From the NCBI GenBank assembly GCA_965369655.1, contig CBDUQR010000001.1:160001-224000 (forward strand): DNA of 64,000 nt. Direction: 5' to 3'. This stretch comes from an uncultured bacterium. Its GTDB lineage: Bacteria; Zixibacteria; MSB-5A5; JAABVY01; JAHJOQ01. Shown here piece by piece: positions 1 to 11,633 of the stretch. The position numbers and the translations under genes were made by a program. The notes under the pieces were generated by a model that was not told the origin of the DNA, ran no database searches, and was given only the letters and a program-made list of their open reading frames with translations. The first letter of the stretch is position 1; each line of letters begins with the position of its first letter.

Positions 1-1636
1 TGATCTCCTTTATTGCGTGGATCGATCTCGGACTGGTCGAAAGAGAATCGACACCAAGCCCGACCAGCAACTTCGCGGCTCTCGCATCACTGGCCAGCTC
101 TCCGCAGATGTTGACGGGGATATTGCTTTCATGCCCCGCTTCGATTGTCTGCGCGATGAAACGCAAAACGGCGGGATGGTACTGCCTGTACCATTTGGCG
201 ACCCTCGCATTTCCCCTGTCTACGGCAAGCGTGTATTGAATCAGATCGTTTGTGCCGATTGAAAAGAAATCAACTTCGAGCGCAAGCCTGTGTGCAATCA
301 TCACCGCAGACGGTATCTCGATCATGATGCCGAGCGGGACATCTTCATCGAAGGGAATCCTGTCTTTTCGCAGGTTGCGCTTGACGTTGGCAAATATCCG
401 CTTCGCTCTTACTATCTGCTCAACACAGCAAATCATGGGGAACATTATCTGTACTTTGCCGAACGCGGAGGCGCGCAGCATCGCCCGCAATTGCGTCCTG
501 AATATCTTCGGAACATCGAGAGAGAATCTTATCGCGCGCCACCCTAATGCTGGGTTTGCCTCTCCCTCGTTCTTGAAATGCTCGGTGAATTTATCTCCGC
601 CGAGATCGAAAGTACGCAGAGTCACTGTCAGGGGGCTGAACTGTTTGGCGATACTTGAGTAAACCTCGAATTGTTCCTCTTCGTCCGGAAAGTCGGAGGA
701 TTTCAGGTAGAGAAATTCGGTCCGGTACAGCCCGACACCGATGCCCTCGTCGACCAGTTTCTGATCGAAGGGCGTCGGCATCTCGAGATTCGCGGAGACT
801 TCGACGAAATGCCCATCGAGTGTTTTGGACGGAAGCTTTCCGATCGCTTCGAATTGCCTCTTATCTCTTCTCTTCTGGGCTGCGACACGCTTCCTGAACT
901 TTTTCCATTCCTCCGGAGTGGGCGCAACAACAACTTCTCCCGCACGCCCATCGATAGTGACATTCTGAGCAGCTTTGACTCTGTTGAGGCAGTCTTTGAC
1001 TCCGACGACCGCGGGGATGCCGAGCGCTTTGGCAATCAGCACCATGTGTGATGTCGGTCCGCCGTTCTCCGTGACGAAACCAACCATGTTGGACTTGCGC
1101 ATGTTCATGATCTCGTCGGGCGAAAAGATCGATGCGAAGCCAATCAGCGGGGTTCTGCTGCGATGCTGACCGCTGTCATCGATACCAGACAGATTATGCA
1201 GCAGGCGCGCAGCAACCGAGTTTACATCGGAGACCATCTCCCGTATATACTCGTCCTTCGAGCGAGACAGTGCTCTGATCGTTTTGCTGGCTTCCTGCTG
1301 GAAAGCATATTCGACATTCTGGAGATTTGCGATGACCGATTGTCTTACGCTCGATATGAAATCCTCATCCTCAAGGATCATCATCTGCGCATCGAAAATC
1401 CTTGACAGATCGGCGCCGACAGACTTGCGCGCTTCCCTGCGCAAAGCTTCAAGCCCCTTCTTACTCCTGGCGATAGCCGTGTCGAGTCGAGCGGTCTCGC
1501 TCTTGACCTGTCTACTCTGTATGCGCTGGGAAGTGACCCGCCCCAGCTTCTCATAGTGGACAAGAGCTGCGCCGCATGTCAGCCCCGGCGACGCGCCGAT
1601 CCCGCGGAGAACAAAAGTGTCGAATTCCTCCTTCAA
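1..1636 (-). CDS. ptsI: PEP-protein phosphotransferase (PTS enzyme I), 3' end runs off the window
   Basis: Not in the ORF track (no stop in window). Manual translation from TTG 1636 gives LRGIGASPG near the start and IMIEIPSA...DFFSIGTNDLIQYTLAVDRGN...ICGELA near the end. Directly follows HPr. Confidence 0.95.
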   Translation of the reverse strand, partial: MKEEFDTFVLRGIGASPGLTCGAALVHYEKLGRVTSQRIQSRQVKSETARLDTAIARSKKGLEALRREARKSVGADLSRIFDAQMMILEDEDFISSVRQSVIANLQNVEYAFQQEASKTIRALSRSKDEYIREMVSDVNSVAARLLHNLSGIDDSGQHRSRTPLIGFASIFSPDEIMNMRKSNMVGFVTENGGPTSHMVLIAKALGIPAVVGVKDCLNRVKAAQNVTIDGRAGEVVVAPTPEEWKKFRKRVAAQKRRDKRQFEAIGKLPSKTLDGHFVEVSANLEMPTPFDQKLVDEGIGVGLYRTEFLYLKSSDFPDEEEQFEVYSSIAKQFSPLTVTLRTFDLGGDKFTEHFKNEGEANPALGWRAIRFSLDVPKIFRTQLRAMLRASAFGKVQIMFPMICCVEQIVRAKRIFANVKRNLRKDRIPFDEDVPLGIMIEIPSAVMIAHRLALEVDFFSIGTNDLIQYTLAVDRGNARVAKWYRQYHPAVLRFIAQTIEAGHESNIPVNICGELASDARAAKLLVGLGVDSLSTSPRSIHAIKEI

Positions 1637-1637
1637 A

Positions 1638-1904
1638 TCAGTCTTCTCCAAACTTGCTTGCGAACACTTTCTCGATTGCGTCGATGGCTTCCTTTTCATC
1701 CGGACCATCGGCTCTGACCAGAAGCTCGGCGCCCCTCTCGGCCGCCAGCATCATCACTCCCATGATACTCTTGGCGTTGATTGTGAGTTCATTCCGTGAA
1801 ATCAGGACCTCCGATTCAAACATCGAGATCGTCTGAACGAGCTGAGCCGATGGGCGAGCGTGCAAGCCGAGCTCATTTATGACCCTTATCTTTTTCTCTA
1901 CCAA
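1638..1904 (-). CDS. ptsH: Phosphocarrier protein HPr
   Basis: GLHARP and NAKSIMGVMML motifs, 88 aa. Confidence 0.97.
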   Translation of the reverse strand: MVEKKIRVINELGLHARPSAQLVQTISMFESEVLISRNELTINAKSIMGVMMLAAERGAELLVRADGPDEKEAIDAIEKVFASKFGED

Positions 1905-1909
1905 ACTAT

Positions 1910-3028
1910 CTATCCATTATAAGGCGTGATGTTGAGTTTCACAAACTTTTTTCCCGGGACCTGCCTGACAGCACCCTTCAGTTCCATATCGAGAAGTATC
2001 CCAAGCAGTTCAGGCACTCCAATCGATGTCATTCGGGCCAACTGGTCAACATGAAGCGGATCGTCACTCATAACCTCAAAGACCTGAATCTGCCTTGAAT
2101 TCATGGAGACCCTCAGAGGCTCCACAGCATGCCTTTCGCCCGGCAGCAGAAACTCCAACTCCGAGAGCACATCATCGGCAGAAGTCACCAGGCGCGCACC
2201 CTGTTTGATCAGGCTGTTTGTCCCGGAACTCGTAATCGACGTCGTATTCCCCGGTACTGCAAAGACCTCCCTGTTCTGATCGAGCGCGTGACGAGCTGTC
2301 AGCAGTGCTCCTGATTTCCTGCCGGCTTCCACTATCACGACTCCGAGCGACAGCCCGGAAATGATCCTGTTCCTTCGGGGGAAGTTCGGGCCATCGGGCG
2401 GCGTGCCGCACGGCAGTTCCGTGATCACCGCGCCGTGATCCGGGATATCCCTGTACAGAGTCGTGTTCTCGGGCGGGTATACGATGTCGAGTCCGCAGCC
2501 GAGAACCGCAATTGTCCTTCCCGAAGCCCCCAGCGCAGCCTTGTGCGCTATCGAGTCGATTCCTCGTGCCATGCCGGATACGACTGTGACTCCCGACGAT
2601 GCCAGCCCGCAGGCGACCTGCTCCGCCATTCTCCTTCCGTAATGCGACGCAGCCCGAGAGCCTACAACGGCGACCGCGGGTTTGTCCGGGTCGGAAAGCT
2701 TTCCTCTCACAAAAAGCAGGTGCGGCGGATCATAGATGTGTCTCAGTATCGAAGGGTATTCCGGACAATTGATCGAGACAAGATTGAATTTCTTCTTGCG
2801 ACATATCTCCAGTTGTTCGTTCGCAAACTCCAGATCGGGACCGCCAAGAATTGATCTGGCAACCTTTGGTCCGACATCATCGACAGACCTCAACTCAGAC
2901 TCGCGCGCAGCGAACACCCCGTTCGGACTGCCGAACTTCTCCAGAAGCCTCTTGATGAGTACCGGCCCGATATGCTTCACCCTGCCGAGAGCGATCCAGA
3001 TCAGGCTGTCGTCGTTCAGTTCAATCAT
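1910..3028 (-). CDS. dprA: DNA-processing protein DprA
   Basis: VAVVGSR, VSGMARGID, FPRRNRIISGLS, EVFAVPG motifs. Confidence 0.96.
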   Translation of the reverse strand: MIELNDDSLIWIALGRVKHIGPVLIKRLLEKFGSPNGVFAARESELRSVDDVGPKVARSILGGPDLEFANEQLEICRKKKFNLVSINCPEYPSILRHIYDPPHLLFVRGKLSDPDKPAVAVVGSRAASHYGRRMAEQVACGLASSGVTVVSGMARGIDSIAHKAALGASGRTIAVLGCGLDIVYPPENTTLYRDIPDHGAVITELPCGTPPDGPNFPRRNRIISGLSLGVVIVEAGRKSGALLTARHALDQNREVFAVPGNTTSITSSGTNSLIKQGARLVTSADDVLSELEFLLPGERHAVEPLRVSMNSRQIQVFEVMSDDPLHVDQLARMTSIGVPELLGILLDMELKGAVRQVPGKKFVKLNITPYNG

Positions 3029-4004
3029 TGAGATTGAGTTTCTCTCCGAGTACCTGTTTCAATCTGTCGATGCCATCGCCGGTCACACCGCTCGTCGGCA
3101 CACATTCAGCTCCGAGAGCATCAATGAGTTGATCTATTCTCTCTGCGTCCATCAGATCAATCTTGTTCAGCGCAATCACGTAAGTGCGTTCGTTGAGCGT
3201 CCAGTCGAATTCGGCCAGCTCCTTTTGCAGAAGGCCGAGACTGTCTACCGGATTATCATCGGTACCATCTATCACAAACAACAGCACTCTGGTTCGCATT
3301 ATATGCCTGAGGAAATCCAACCCGAGTCCCTTGCCGTGACTCGCACCCTCGATAATCCCGGGTATATCCGCCATCCTGAACTGATCGAAATTATCGAGGT
3401 TGACCACCCCGATGTTCGGTGTCAGCGTCGTGAACGGATAATCGGCGATCTTGGGCCTTGCGTCGGATACCGCGGCGAGTATCGTCGATTTCCCGGCGTT
3501 GGGATACCCGACAAGTCCGACATCGCCGATCAGCCTGAGTTCGAGAAGCAGCTTCCGTCTCTCGCCCGGCTTGCCGGATGTAGCTTTTCTCGGAGTCTGG
3601 TTCGTAGCCGATTTGAAATGCACATTCCCGAGTCCGCCCCGTCCGCCCTGTACGGCAACAAACTGCTGCCCGTGAGTGACCATGTCGCAGAGAAGAGTGT
3701 CCCGATCATCGGTGTCGAAAATCGCAGTGCCCGGGGGCACCCTCACGACCACAGACTCGCCACCCTTGCCGGATTTCTGGCCGCCCGAACCGTCGGCTCC
3801 GCGCTCTGCCTTGTACTTTCGACGATATTTCAGGTCCATCAGCGTCATCAGATTCTCATCGACCTTGAATATAACATCTCCGCCCCTGCCGCCGTCGCCG
3901 CCATTCGGTCCGCCCTTGGCGATATTCTTCTGACGATGGAATGAGACGATGCCATTGCCGCCGTTTCCGGCCTGAACTTCGATTTCGACCAGGTCAACAA
4001 ACAT
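3021..4004 (-). CDS. obgE: GTPase ObgE
   Basis: Gly-rich Obg fold (GGPNGGDGGRGG), GYPNAGKS, YPFTTL, DIPG, NKID. Confidence 0.97.
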   Translation of the reverse strand: MFVDLVEIEVQAGNGGNGIVSFHRQKNIAKGGPNGGDGGRGGDVIFKVDENLMTLMDLKYRRKYKAERGADGSGGQKSGKGGESVVVRVPPGTAIFDTDDRDTLLCDMVTHGQQFVAVQGGRGGLGNVHFKSATNQTPRKATSGKPGERRKLLLELRLIGDVGLVGYPNAGKSTILAAVSDARPKIADYPFTTLTPNIGVVNLDNFDQFRMADIPGIIEGASHGKGLGLDFLRHIMRTRVLLFVIDGTDDNPVDSLGLLQKELAEFDWTLNERTYVIALNKIDLMDAERIDQLIDALGAECVPTSGVTGDGIDRLKQVLGEKLNLND

Positions 4005-4013
4005 CTATTGAGA

Positions 4014-4775
4014 TCACTTCTGGAGGATTTTCAGAAGAGTTTCCTTGAGGTTGAGCTTTTCGAGATCCCTCTTGAGAATGCCGCGCGACGCGCATGAAAT
4101 CGCACCGCTTTCTTCAGACACCACAAGGCAGATTGCATCGGATTCCTCCGTTATGCCGATAGCCGCCTTATGTCTCATGCCGAACAACTGGTCATACCTC
4201 GGATTTTGCGTCAGAGGGAGCACGCATGCCGCTGCGATGACTTCGTCCCCGCTTACGACGACCGCGCCATCGTGAAGCGGAGTGTACGGGGTGAATATGG
4301 TTGTCAACAGGTCCGCTGAAAGCTTAGCATCTATCGATCTCCCTGTCTCGATTATGTTTCTCAATCCAACTCCTCGCTGAATCACCACAAGCGCTCCGTA
4401 TCGCAGTTCGGCTAAGCGAATCACGCCTTTTACCAGTTCGTCGAGAGCCTTGTGTGTCTCGTAGCGAAACATGTGCCTGACGAAACGCGAGTGACCGATC
4501 TGCGCGAGGGCGCCCCGTATCTCCGGCTGAAACACGATCACGAGCACGATAAATCCGACTGTGGCAAGATTAGTAAAGAGCCATTTGATCCCTTCGAGCT
4601 GGAACCAGTACGAGAGAAACGCGATGATAAGCAGGAATGTCAGGCCCGACACTATCTGAGCCGATCGTGTACCACGTAGCAACATCAGTATCTTGTAAAT
4701 GATGTAGCTGACCAAGGCGACATCTATGACATCGAGCAGAGTAAACCTGAGAAATTCGTAGTGAAAGAGTTCCAT
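4014..4775 (-). CDS. cdaA: Diadenylate cyclase CdaA/DacA (membrane-anchored)
   Basis: Three N-terminal hydrophobic helices, FQPEIR, TPLHDGA and GMRHKAA motifs. Confidence 0.93.
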   Translation of the reverse strand: MELFHYEFLRFTLLDVIDVALVSYIIYKILMLLRGTRSAQIVSGLTFLLIIAFLSYWFQLEGIKWLFTNLATVGFIVLVIVFQPEIRGALAQIGHSRFVRHMFRYETHKALDELVKGVIRLAELRYGALVVIQRGVGLRNIIETGRSIDAKLSADLLTTIFTPYTPLHDGAVVVSGDEVIAAACVLPLTQNPRYDQLFGMRHKAAIGITEESDAICLVVSEESGAISCASRGILKRDLEKLNLKETLLKILQK

Positions 4776-4855
4776 GACAACCTTTCAGTAGTGACCAATA
4801 ATAAGACCTTTAATTGCTATTCGCAAGAACAATGGACTCTGCCGGTCTCAGATCG

Positions 4856-5833
4856 CTACCGACCGAGCAAAGACCGCAGAATATAGCGAGGTTTCCAGCG
4901 AGCTGCGCCGGAACTGTAAGGAAGATCGCACTTCGCGCAGGCGACATTCAGATCCGGATGACCATCCAGCAGGTTTTGCCTGAACCGGCGGTAAGTATCA
5001 CCATTCCAAACCTCCATGACAGTCTGCTTGAACAGATTACCGAACACACTCCGGGCCGCCGTGTCGCGACAGCATGCAACGCAGTCACCACTATGTGTTA
5101 CTGCCATTTGCGTCCAGGGATACGGACATAGGCGATAATCGCTATCGTGGATAACTTCGCCGAGATGGCCGCAGAAATTGTGGAACTCGCGCGAGGAAAA
5201 CCTGATACGTTTCGGCAGATCATCCGGGAACATCTCTCTCAGCGCCTGAAGAGACTCCTCCGGATCGCCGCCCGCAAACGGTGTCACATCGTGGATGTCG
5301 AGATGAACATGCCTGTTGTTGCGCGAAAGCTCGGCGATATAGCTGAGGTTTCGATAGACAGTCTCGAAGTCGCCATTTTCTCCTCGAATCTGTTTGAATA
5401 TTCTCGCATCTGATGCGAAATCTATCGAAGCGCGAAATGGTCCGGCCTCAACCAGTCGGTCTGCCATATCCAAGTCGATCAGCGTGCCATTCGAAGCGAA
5501 CACCGGAAAGCGTCCTGATTGGATCGTCAGTTCCACCAGATCGAGAAACTTGTTATTCATGAATGGTTCGCCATCGAGCGTAAGATTCAGGTTCCGATTG
5601 CTCGATCCGCTCTCGTCGATACGTTTGAGAATGATTCTGAAATCATCGGGAGACATTCGCCCGACTGGTCGCAATGCCCTGTGCTTCGGATCACTCTGAG
5701 GACAGAAGACACACCTGAGATTGCAGGCATTAGTCGGCTCGACCGTGAACTGGTACGGCGGGTATGACAGCCTCTTCGATCGAGCGATCTTGTAAGACCA
5801 GGCGAGTCGTATAAGATGAATCGGTTTCAGCAC
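4856..5833 (-). CDS. Radical SAM protein with SPASM domain
   Basis: CNLRCVFC (CxxxCxxC); C-terminal CPYPW...GDCVACC...CAKC. Confidence 0.9.
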   Translation of the reverse strand: MLKPIHLIRLAWSYKIARSKRLSYPPYQFTVEPTNACNLRCVFCPQSDPKHRALRPVGRMSPDDFRIILKRIDESGSSNRNLNLTLDGEPFMNNKFLDLVELTIQSGRFPVFASNGTLIDLDMADRLVEAGPFRASIDFASDARIFKQIRGENGDFETVYRNLSYIAELSRNNRHVHLDIHDVTPFAGGDPEESLQALREMFPDDLPKRIRFSSREFHNFCGHLGEVIHDSDYRLCPYPWTQMAVTHSGDCVACCRDTAARSVFGNLFKQTVMEVWNGDTYRRFRQNLLDGHPDLNVACAKCDLPYSSGAARWKPRYILRSLLGR

Positions 5834-5883
5834 TTGAACCTTACACCATATAGCATGTTGAGAAACTCTTTAGTAGTAACCGT

Positions 5884-6105
5884 CGTCATCCCGCGTCCCG
5901 CGGGACGCTGTGATCTCAATTCGTCATCCTGCACGCACATCGCGTTCGTCACCCCTGCGGAGGCAGGGGTCTAGGCAAGTTTTTCAAGTCCGTAACCTCT
6001 ACGCATTCTGAATCTGGTTCTGGATTCCTGCCTGCGCAGGAATGACGAGGACTGCTGGCTCGCATATGCGAGATTGCCGCGCTCCCTTCGGTCACTCGCA
6101 ATGAC
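5884..6105. repeat. Nested CGTC-tagged REP-like palindromes
   Basis: Inner pair gtcacccctgcggaggcaggggtctag (5948-5974) / ctggattcctgcctgcgcaggaatgac (6020-6046); outer pair 5885-5917 / 6070-6105. The 6070-6105 unit is the reverse complement of 24604-24639 with 2 mismatches. Confidence 0.8.
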
Positions 6106-6224
6106 AGCGATTTGCGCTAGCTGCATGATATTCCGCCTTAGTGATTATTGTCAACATGCCTCATAGGTGTTATCATACTCAACATGTAAGCAGATAAGCA
6201 ATGAAGATTCAACTATTATTACAC

Positions 6225-6262
6225 AAAGCAAAACCCCCACCGCATTCGGCAGGGGCTTTTTC
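6225..6262 (-). terminator. Probable intrinsic terminator after groEL
   Basis: Imperfect GC-rich hairpin flanked by A/T runs, just downstream of the groEL stop. Confidence 0.55.
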
Positions 6263-6285
6263 TGCATAGGAGAGATGCAAAGAAA

Positions 6286-7941
<1,656 letters not shown>

Positions 7942-8229
7942 CTACTTCAGGATAGCCAGGACATCGCTCTCGCGCATGATCAAATAGTCCTGATCGTCGA
8001 TTGTTACCTCGGTACCGGAATACTTACCGTAAAGAATCTTGTCGCCGATCTTGACTTCGAGATCGACCCTCTTGCCGGCATCATCGAGCCGGCCCGGACC
8101 GGCCGCCATGATTTCACCCTGCACCGGCTTTTCCTTTGCCGTGTCGGGGATAATGATACCGCTCTTCTTGACTTCTTCCTGCTCAAGCGGCTTCACCACA
8201 ACGCGATCTGCCAACGGCTTAATGTTCAT
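7942..8229 (-). CDS. groES: Co-chaperonin GroES
   Basis: [28 protein letters not shown]. Confidence 0.99.
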   Translation of the reverse strand: MNIKPLADRVVVKPLEQEEVKKSGIIIPDTAKEKPVQGEIMAAGPGRLDDAGKRVDLEVKIGDKILYGKYSGTEVTIDDQDYLIMRESDVLAILK

Positions 8230-8284
8230 CCGAACATCCTCCTTATGATAAAAAATCCCTGCTTCAATGAGCTTATTACTCGTA

Positions 8285-8311
8285 TTAGCACTCGACTCTG
8301 ATGAGTGCTAA
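8285..8311. promoter_or_regulatory. CIRCE operator (HrcA site)
   Basis: Perfect TTAGCACTC-N9-GAGTGCTAA upstream of groES. Confidence 0.97.
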
Positions 8312-8320
8312 CAGCGCGCG

Positions 8321-8348
8321 AATATAAGTGTTCCACGTTTTTTGTCAA
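8321..8348 (-). promoter_or_regulatory. Sigma70-type promoter of groESL
   Basis: TTGACA-N16-TATATT immediately upstream of CIRCE. Confidence 0.7.
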
Positions 8349-8434
8349 GTGGATTCTAAGAAAAATATCGAGTTCAGCGATAGATTTTCTGGCAACAATC
8401 GCGTTCTCGGCCTAATCCATTGCCTCAAAAGGCA

Positions 8435-9568
8435 TTACAGGAGCGCCGACTGGACATACTCGGCTGCCTTCGTATATGCCCCGCCCTCCCCCAACAACTC
8501 CGAGACTGCGGCGATTCTGGAGCGCATTCGAGACGCAAGATCGTGATCGGAGAGAATCTGCATGATGATCTCTGACAGTCGACGGGCATTTGCTTCAGCC
8601 TGAATCAACTCCGGATACACGGTCTCTCCCGCAATGATATTGGCCATTGCGATGTTGGGCACCCTGACCAGTCTCCTCGCGATCAGGCAGGTTAACGGAT
8701 TCGTCCTGTAGAGCACAATCGCGGGACATCTGCATATGGCTGTCTCGACAGTAGCGGTCCCGGATGCCACCAGCGTAAGATCGGCTGCGCTCAGGAGATC
8801 ATAGATATTGCCGTTGTACGTCGTCAGTTCGATGGCTGAACTCCTTGCCGCGAGAGCCACCAGTCGATTCTGAGATTCGTCCGACGGTCTGATGACAACA
8901 TTCAATTTGTTTCCCTGAATCATCGCGAGTTCGAGACCATCCAGCATCACAGGCAATATCCTCTCAATTTCCTGTCTGCGTGATCCGGGCAGGACAGCAA
9001 TCAGCCGTTCATCGGCATTGATCCGGATCGATTCTCTGAATTCATCGCGGGTGAGTTCTGGCTTCGCCTTGTCGATCAGCGGATGACCGAAATACTCCAC
9101 ATGCAGACCGTGTCGTGCAAAGAATTCCGGTTCAAACGGGAGAATCGAAATGAACTTCGCGTTCCAGCGTTTCATCTTCTCGATACGGCTTGCATGCCAC
9201 GCCCAAACCTGCGGGAGAATGTAGTACACGAACGGGATTTCAAGCTCATTCAGTCTCTGCGCGAACTTGAAATTCATGCCGGGATAATCGATAAGAATCG
9301 CGGCATCGGGAGGATTGTTCTCGAGACTCTTCGAGATCGTACGAAAGACATGCCTGAAGAATGGGAGCTTGCTGATAACCTCGGCGAAACCCATCGTCGA
9401 GATATCTGACACATGGAATTGAATATCCGCACCGAGTGATTTCAGATTGTCGCCGCCCAGCCCTCGGAATTCGCAGTCGGGACACAGTTTGATCAACTCT
9501 GTGGCCAGCCCGGCTCCGTGAAGATCGCCCGATGCCTCACCGGCGGATATGAAGATGCTCTTTTTCAC
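8435..9568 (-). CDS. lpxB: Lipid-A-disaccharide synthase
   Basis: AGEASGDLHG, IDYPGMN, PQVWAW, LPGSRRQE, ASGTATVE. Confidence 0.96.
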   Translation of the reverse strand: MKKSIFISAGEASGDLHGAGLATELIKLCPDCEFRGLGGDNLKSLGADIQFHVSDISTMGFAEVISKLPFFRHVFRTISKSLENNPPDAAILIDYPGMNFKFAQRLNELEIPFVYYILPQVWAWHASRIEKMKRWNAKFISILPFEPEFFARHGLHVEYFGHPLIDKAKPELTRDEFRESIRINADERLIAVLPGSRRQEIERILPVMLDGLELAMIQGNKLNVVIRPSDESQNRLVALAARSSAIELTTYNGNIYDLLSAADLTLVASGTATVETAICRCPAIVLYRTNPLTCLIARRLVRVPNIAMANIIAGETVYPELIQAEANARRLSEIIMQILSDHDLASRMRSRIAAVSELLGEGGAYTKAAEYVQSALL

Positions 9569-10575
9569 CTGAGACGGGAACGGAGGTTCGCGATACCGGC
9601 CTCGGCAATCCGCTCGATATCGGTCGCTACCTGAAGCGCTTCTGATGCTTCCTCGCCCGACACCGCCACGGGCGTATCATGCTGAACCGAATCAATAAAC
9701 GATAACAACTCGGCGGTCAGCATATCGTAGGAATCGATTGGTGGCTTATTGAATGCGATCTTCTTTCCGGTCTCGCCAAAATCGACCGTAGTCGAGAAGC
9801 CGTTCGTCTCGTCCATAGTCTCGCCCTGTTTGAGAAGACGATAGACTTCAGCCGACGGCCGGCCCAGATCGATAGAGATATATCCCCTCGGCTGAAATAT
9901 GCGAATCTTGCGCATCGCCTTCGGAGATATCCGCGACGCTGTCAGGTTCGCGACACACCCCGACTCGAACGACAGCCGCGCATTCGCGATATCCATGTGT
10001 TCGGAGACGACTGCGGCAGCCGATGCCTGTATATCGATCACTTTCGATCCCGTGAGATGCAGGCAGAGATCGATATCGTGAATCATCAGGTCAAATATCA
10101 CGGCGACATCGAGGCCGCGAAAGTTGAACGATGCAAGTCGGTGCGCCTCGATGAATGACGGATACTCGATCTTGTCCGCGAGCGCTTTCACTGCCGGATT
10201 GAATCTCTCAATATGCCCGACCATCAGTTTGAGATTCTTGCGCTTCGCTAGGTCGATCATCTCTCGCGCTTGATCGACCGTTGTGGCGATCGGTTTCTCG
10301 ACAAACAGATGCTTGCCTGCATCGAGAATTTCGAGCGCGCATCTGTGATGTTCCGATGTCGGAGTGACGAGAGATATCGCATCGCATTCATCTATTAACT
10401 CTGATACGTCGTCAAACGACTTCGTGCCGAATTCTGTTGCTGCGGCTTCCGCCTTCTCCGTGATAATATCGTGACACCCGACCAACTCGCATGATTCGAT
10501 CTGCGACAGAATCTTCACATGCGCCCGTCCAAGATGCCCAACACCGATAACGCCGATTCTAAGTTTATCAGACAA
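9565..10575 (-). CDS. Gfo/Idh/MocA oxidoreductase (GnnA-like)
   Basis: GVGHLG, EKP, GHIERFNPA, DLMIHDID. Start moved to TTG 10575 behind GGAGG. Overlaps the lpxB start. Confidence 0.88.
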   Translation of the reverse strand: MSDKLRIGVIGVGHLGRAHVKILSQIESCELVGCHDIITEKAEAAATEFGTKSFDDVSELIDECDAISLVTPTSEHHRCALEILDAGKHLFVEKPIATTVDQAREMIDLAKRKNLKLMVGHIERFNPAVKALADKIEYPSFIEAHRLASFNFRGLDVAVIFDLMIHDIDLCLHLTGSKVIDIQASAAAVVSEHMDIANARLSFESGCVANLTASRISPKAMRKIRIFQPRGYISIDLGRPSAEVYRLLKQGETMDETNGFSTTVDFGETGKKIAFNKPPIDSYDMLTAELLSFIDSVQHDTPVAVSGEEASEALQVATDIERIAEAGIANLRSRLR

Positions 10576-10639
10576 CGTCCCTCCCTGATTGAGGGAAGGA
10601 TACGCGAGGAGATACAGATTGTCAATCCCGTAGATGTAG

Positions 10640-10685
10640 CTCACGCTCACTCGCCTGTCCTGAGTTTGACGAAGGGGAGCGTGAG
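10640..10685. repeat. REP-like unit (GTCCTGAG-N5-CGAAGGG core) inside a hairpin
   Basis: gtcctgagtttgacgaaggg (10657-10676) flanked by ctcacgctc/gagcgtgag; same core at 47474-47493. Confidence 0.6.
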
Positions 10686-11088
10686 GATCGAGATTGTCCT
10701 AATAGTGCCAATCAACTCAAGCAGGAAGCCGGCTCTGTCAGACCAAACGGCGTTCGAGAACGTTTATTTCACTTTTGTGATTCGCCCTTTCTTCCGCTAC
10801 TTGGAGATTGTGGATTTTGTATGCAATAAAGGAAAACAGAAGTACGAAAGATTAGCGCAATGGATGGGCTTCGAGAGTGAGTTCGCGTTTTAAGAAACTC
10901 TAGCGCGCGGTGTTCAACAAGAACTCAAAAAAACTATGAGAAGCAGCTGGCTGATCGCGTCGCATCTCAAGAAGAACAGCTTAGGCAATTGATTGATGGC
11001 CAAGTGCCAATTGATACCGAAGTATTCAACTTCTGTAACGATATACTTAAGGATAATAAAATAACCGAATGTAAGAATGTATCTGACA

Positions 11089-11582
11089 TCATTAGTGTCC
11101 GGTAAAAATTAGGAAATGGTCTGACTATCCTCGTTTTTGTGGATAGATTATCCCCTGAATTGACAGAATTTCAGAGGAGAACCAGACCATGAGACAAGTT
11201 AGTACGCTATTGTCAGAATTGCTCAGGATTTTTCCGAAATATGAATTTGAAAAGCTCGAAAAGCAGCATAAGGGGAACTACTACACCAAGTATTTTACCG
11301 GCTGGCAGCAGTTGATTGTGTTGTTATTTGCTCAGGTTGGCGGCAAAGACAGCCTTCGAAAAATTGAGACCTCGTTACATGTTCACCAGGCGAAATGATA
11401 TCATCTGGGGTTGAAGGGTGTCAAGCGGAGCACTCTCTCAGATGCCATGAGTAACCGTTCGTATGAGATTTTTGAGGGAGTTTTTTACAAGCTTCTTGAG
11501 AAATGCAGATCGGTTACTCCGAGACACAAATTTCGTTTTAAGAATCCGCTTTTTTCATTGAACTCGACTGTCATCGATTTAA
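11089..11582 (+). pseudogene. IS4-family (DUF4372-type) transposase remnant with probable left end
   Basis: ORF from 11189 (LLFAQ...SLRKIE...YHLG...RSTLSDA...LNSTVIDL) has an in-frame TGA at 11396 and is truncated at the first DDE strand. CATTAGTGTCC at ~11089 resembles an IS4 terminus. Confidence 0.8.
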
Positions 11583-11633
11583 CCAATATTCAGTGCCACT
11601 TTCTGTGGTTCTACCGGGCTATCTCAGCAGTCC

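Noticed and set aside
2736-3944. Long plus-strand ORF (402 aa); likewise 6565..7488, 14624..15508, 51039..52079 and 52875..53546
   Set aside because: Antisense shadows of well-supported genes (obgE/dprA, groEL, pyrG, tpl, cysK), with no motifs.
10800-11085. AT-rich stretch with a short broken reading frame beside the IS end
   Set aside because: Interrupted by stops and unrecognisable; at most a gene relic.
11396-11398. In-frame TGA in the IS4 transposase as possible Sec or readthrough
   Set aside because: No redox motif and the gene is also truncated; a simple nonsense mutation in a remnant is more likely.
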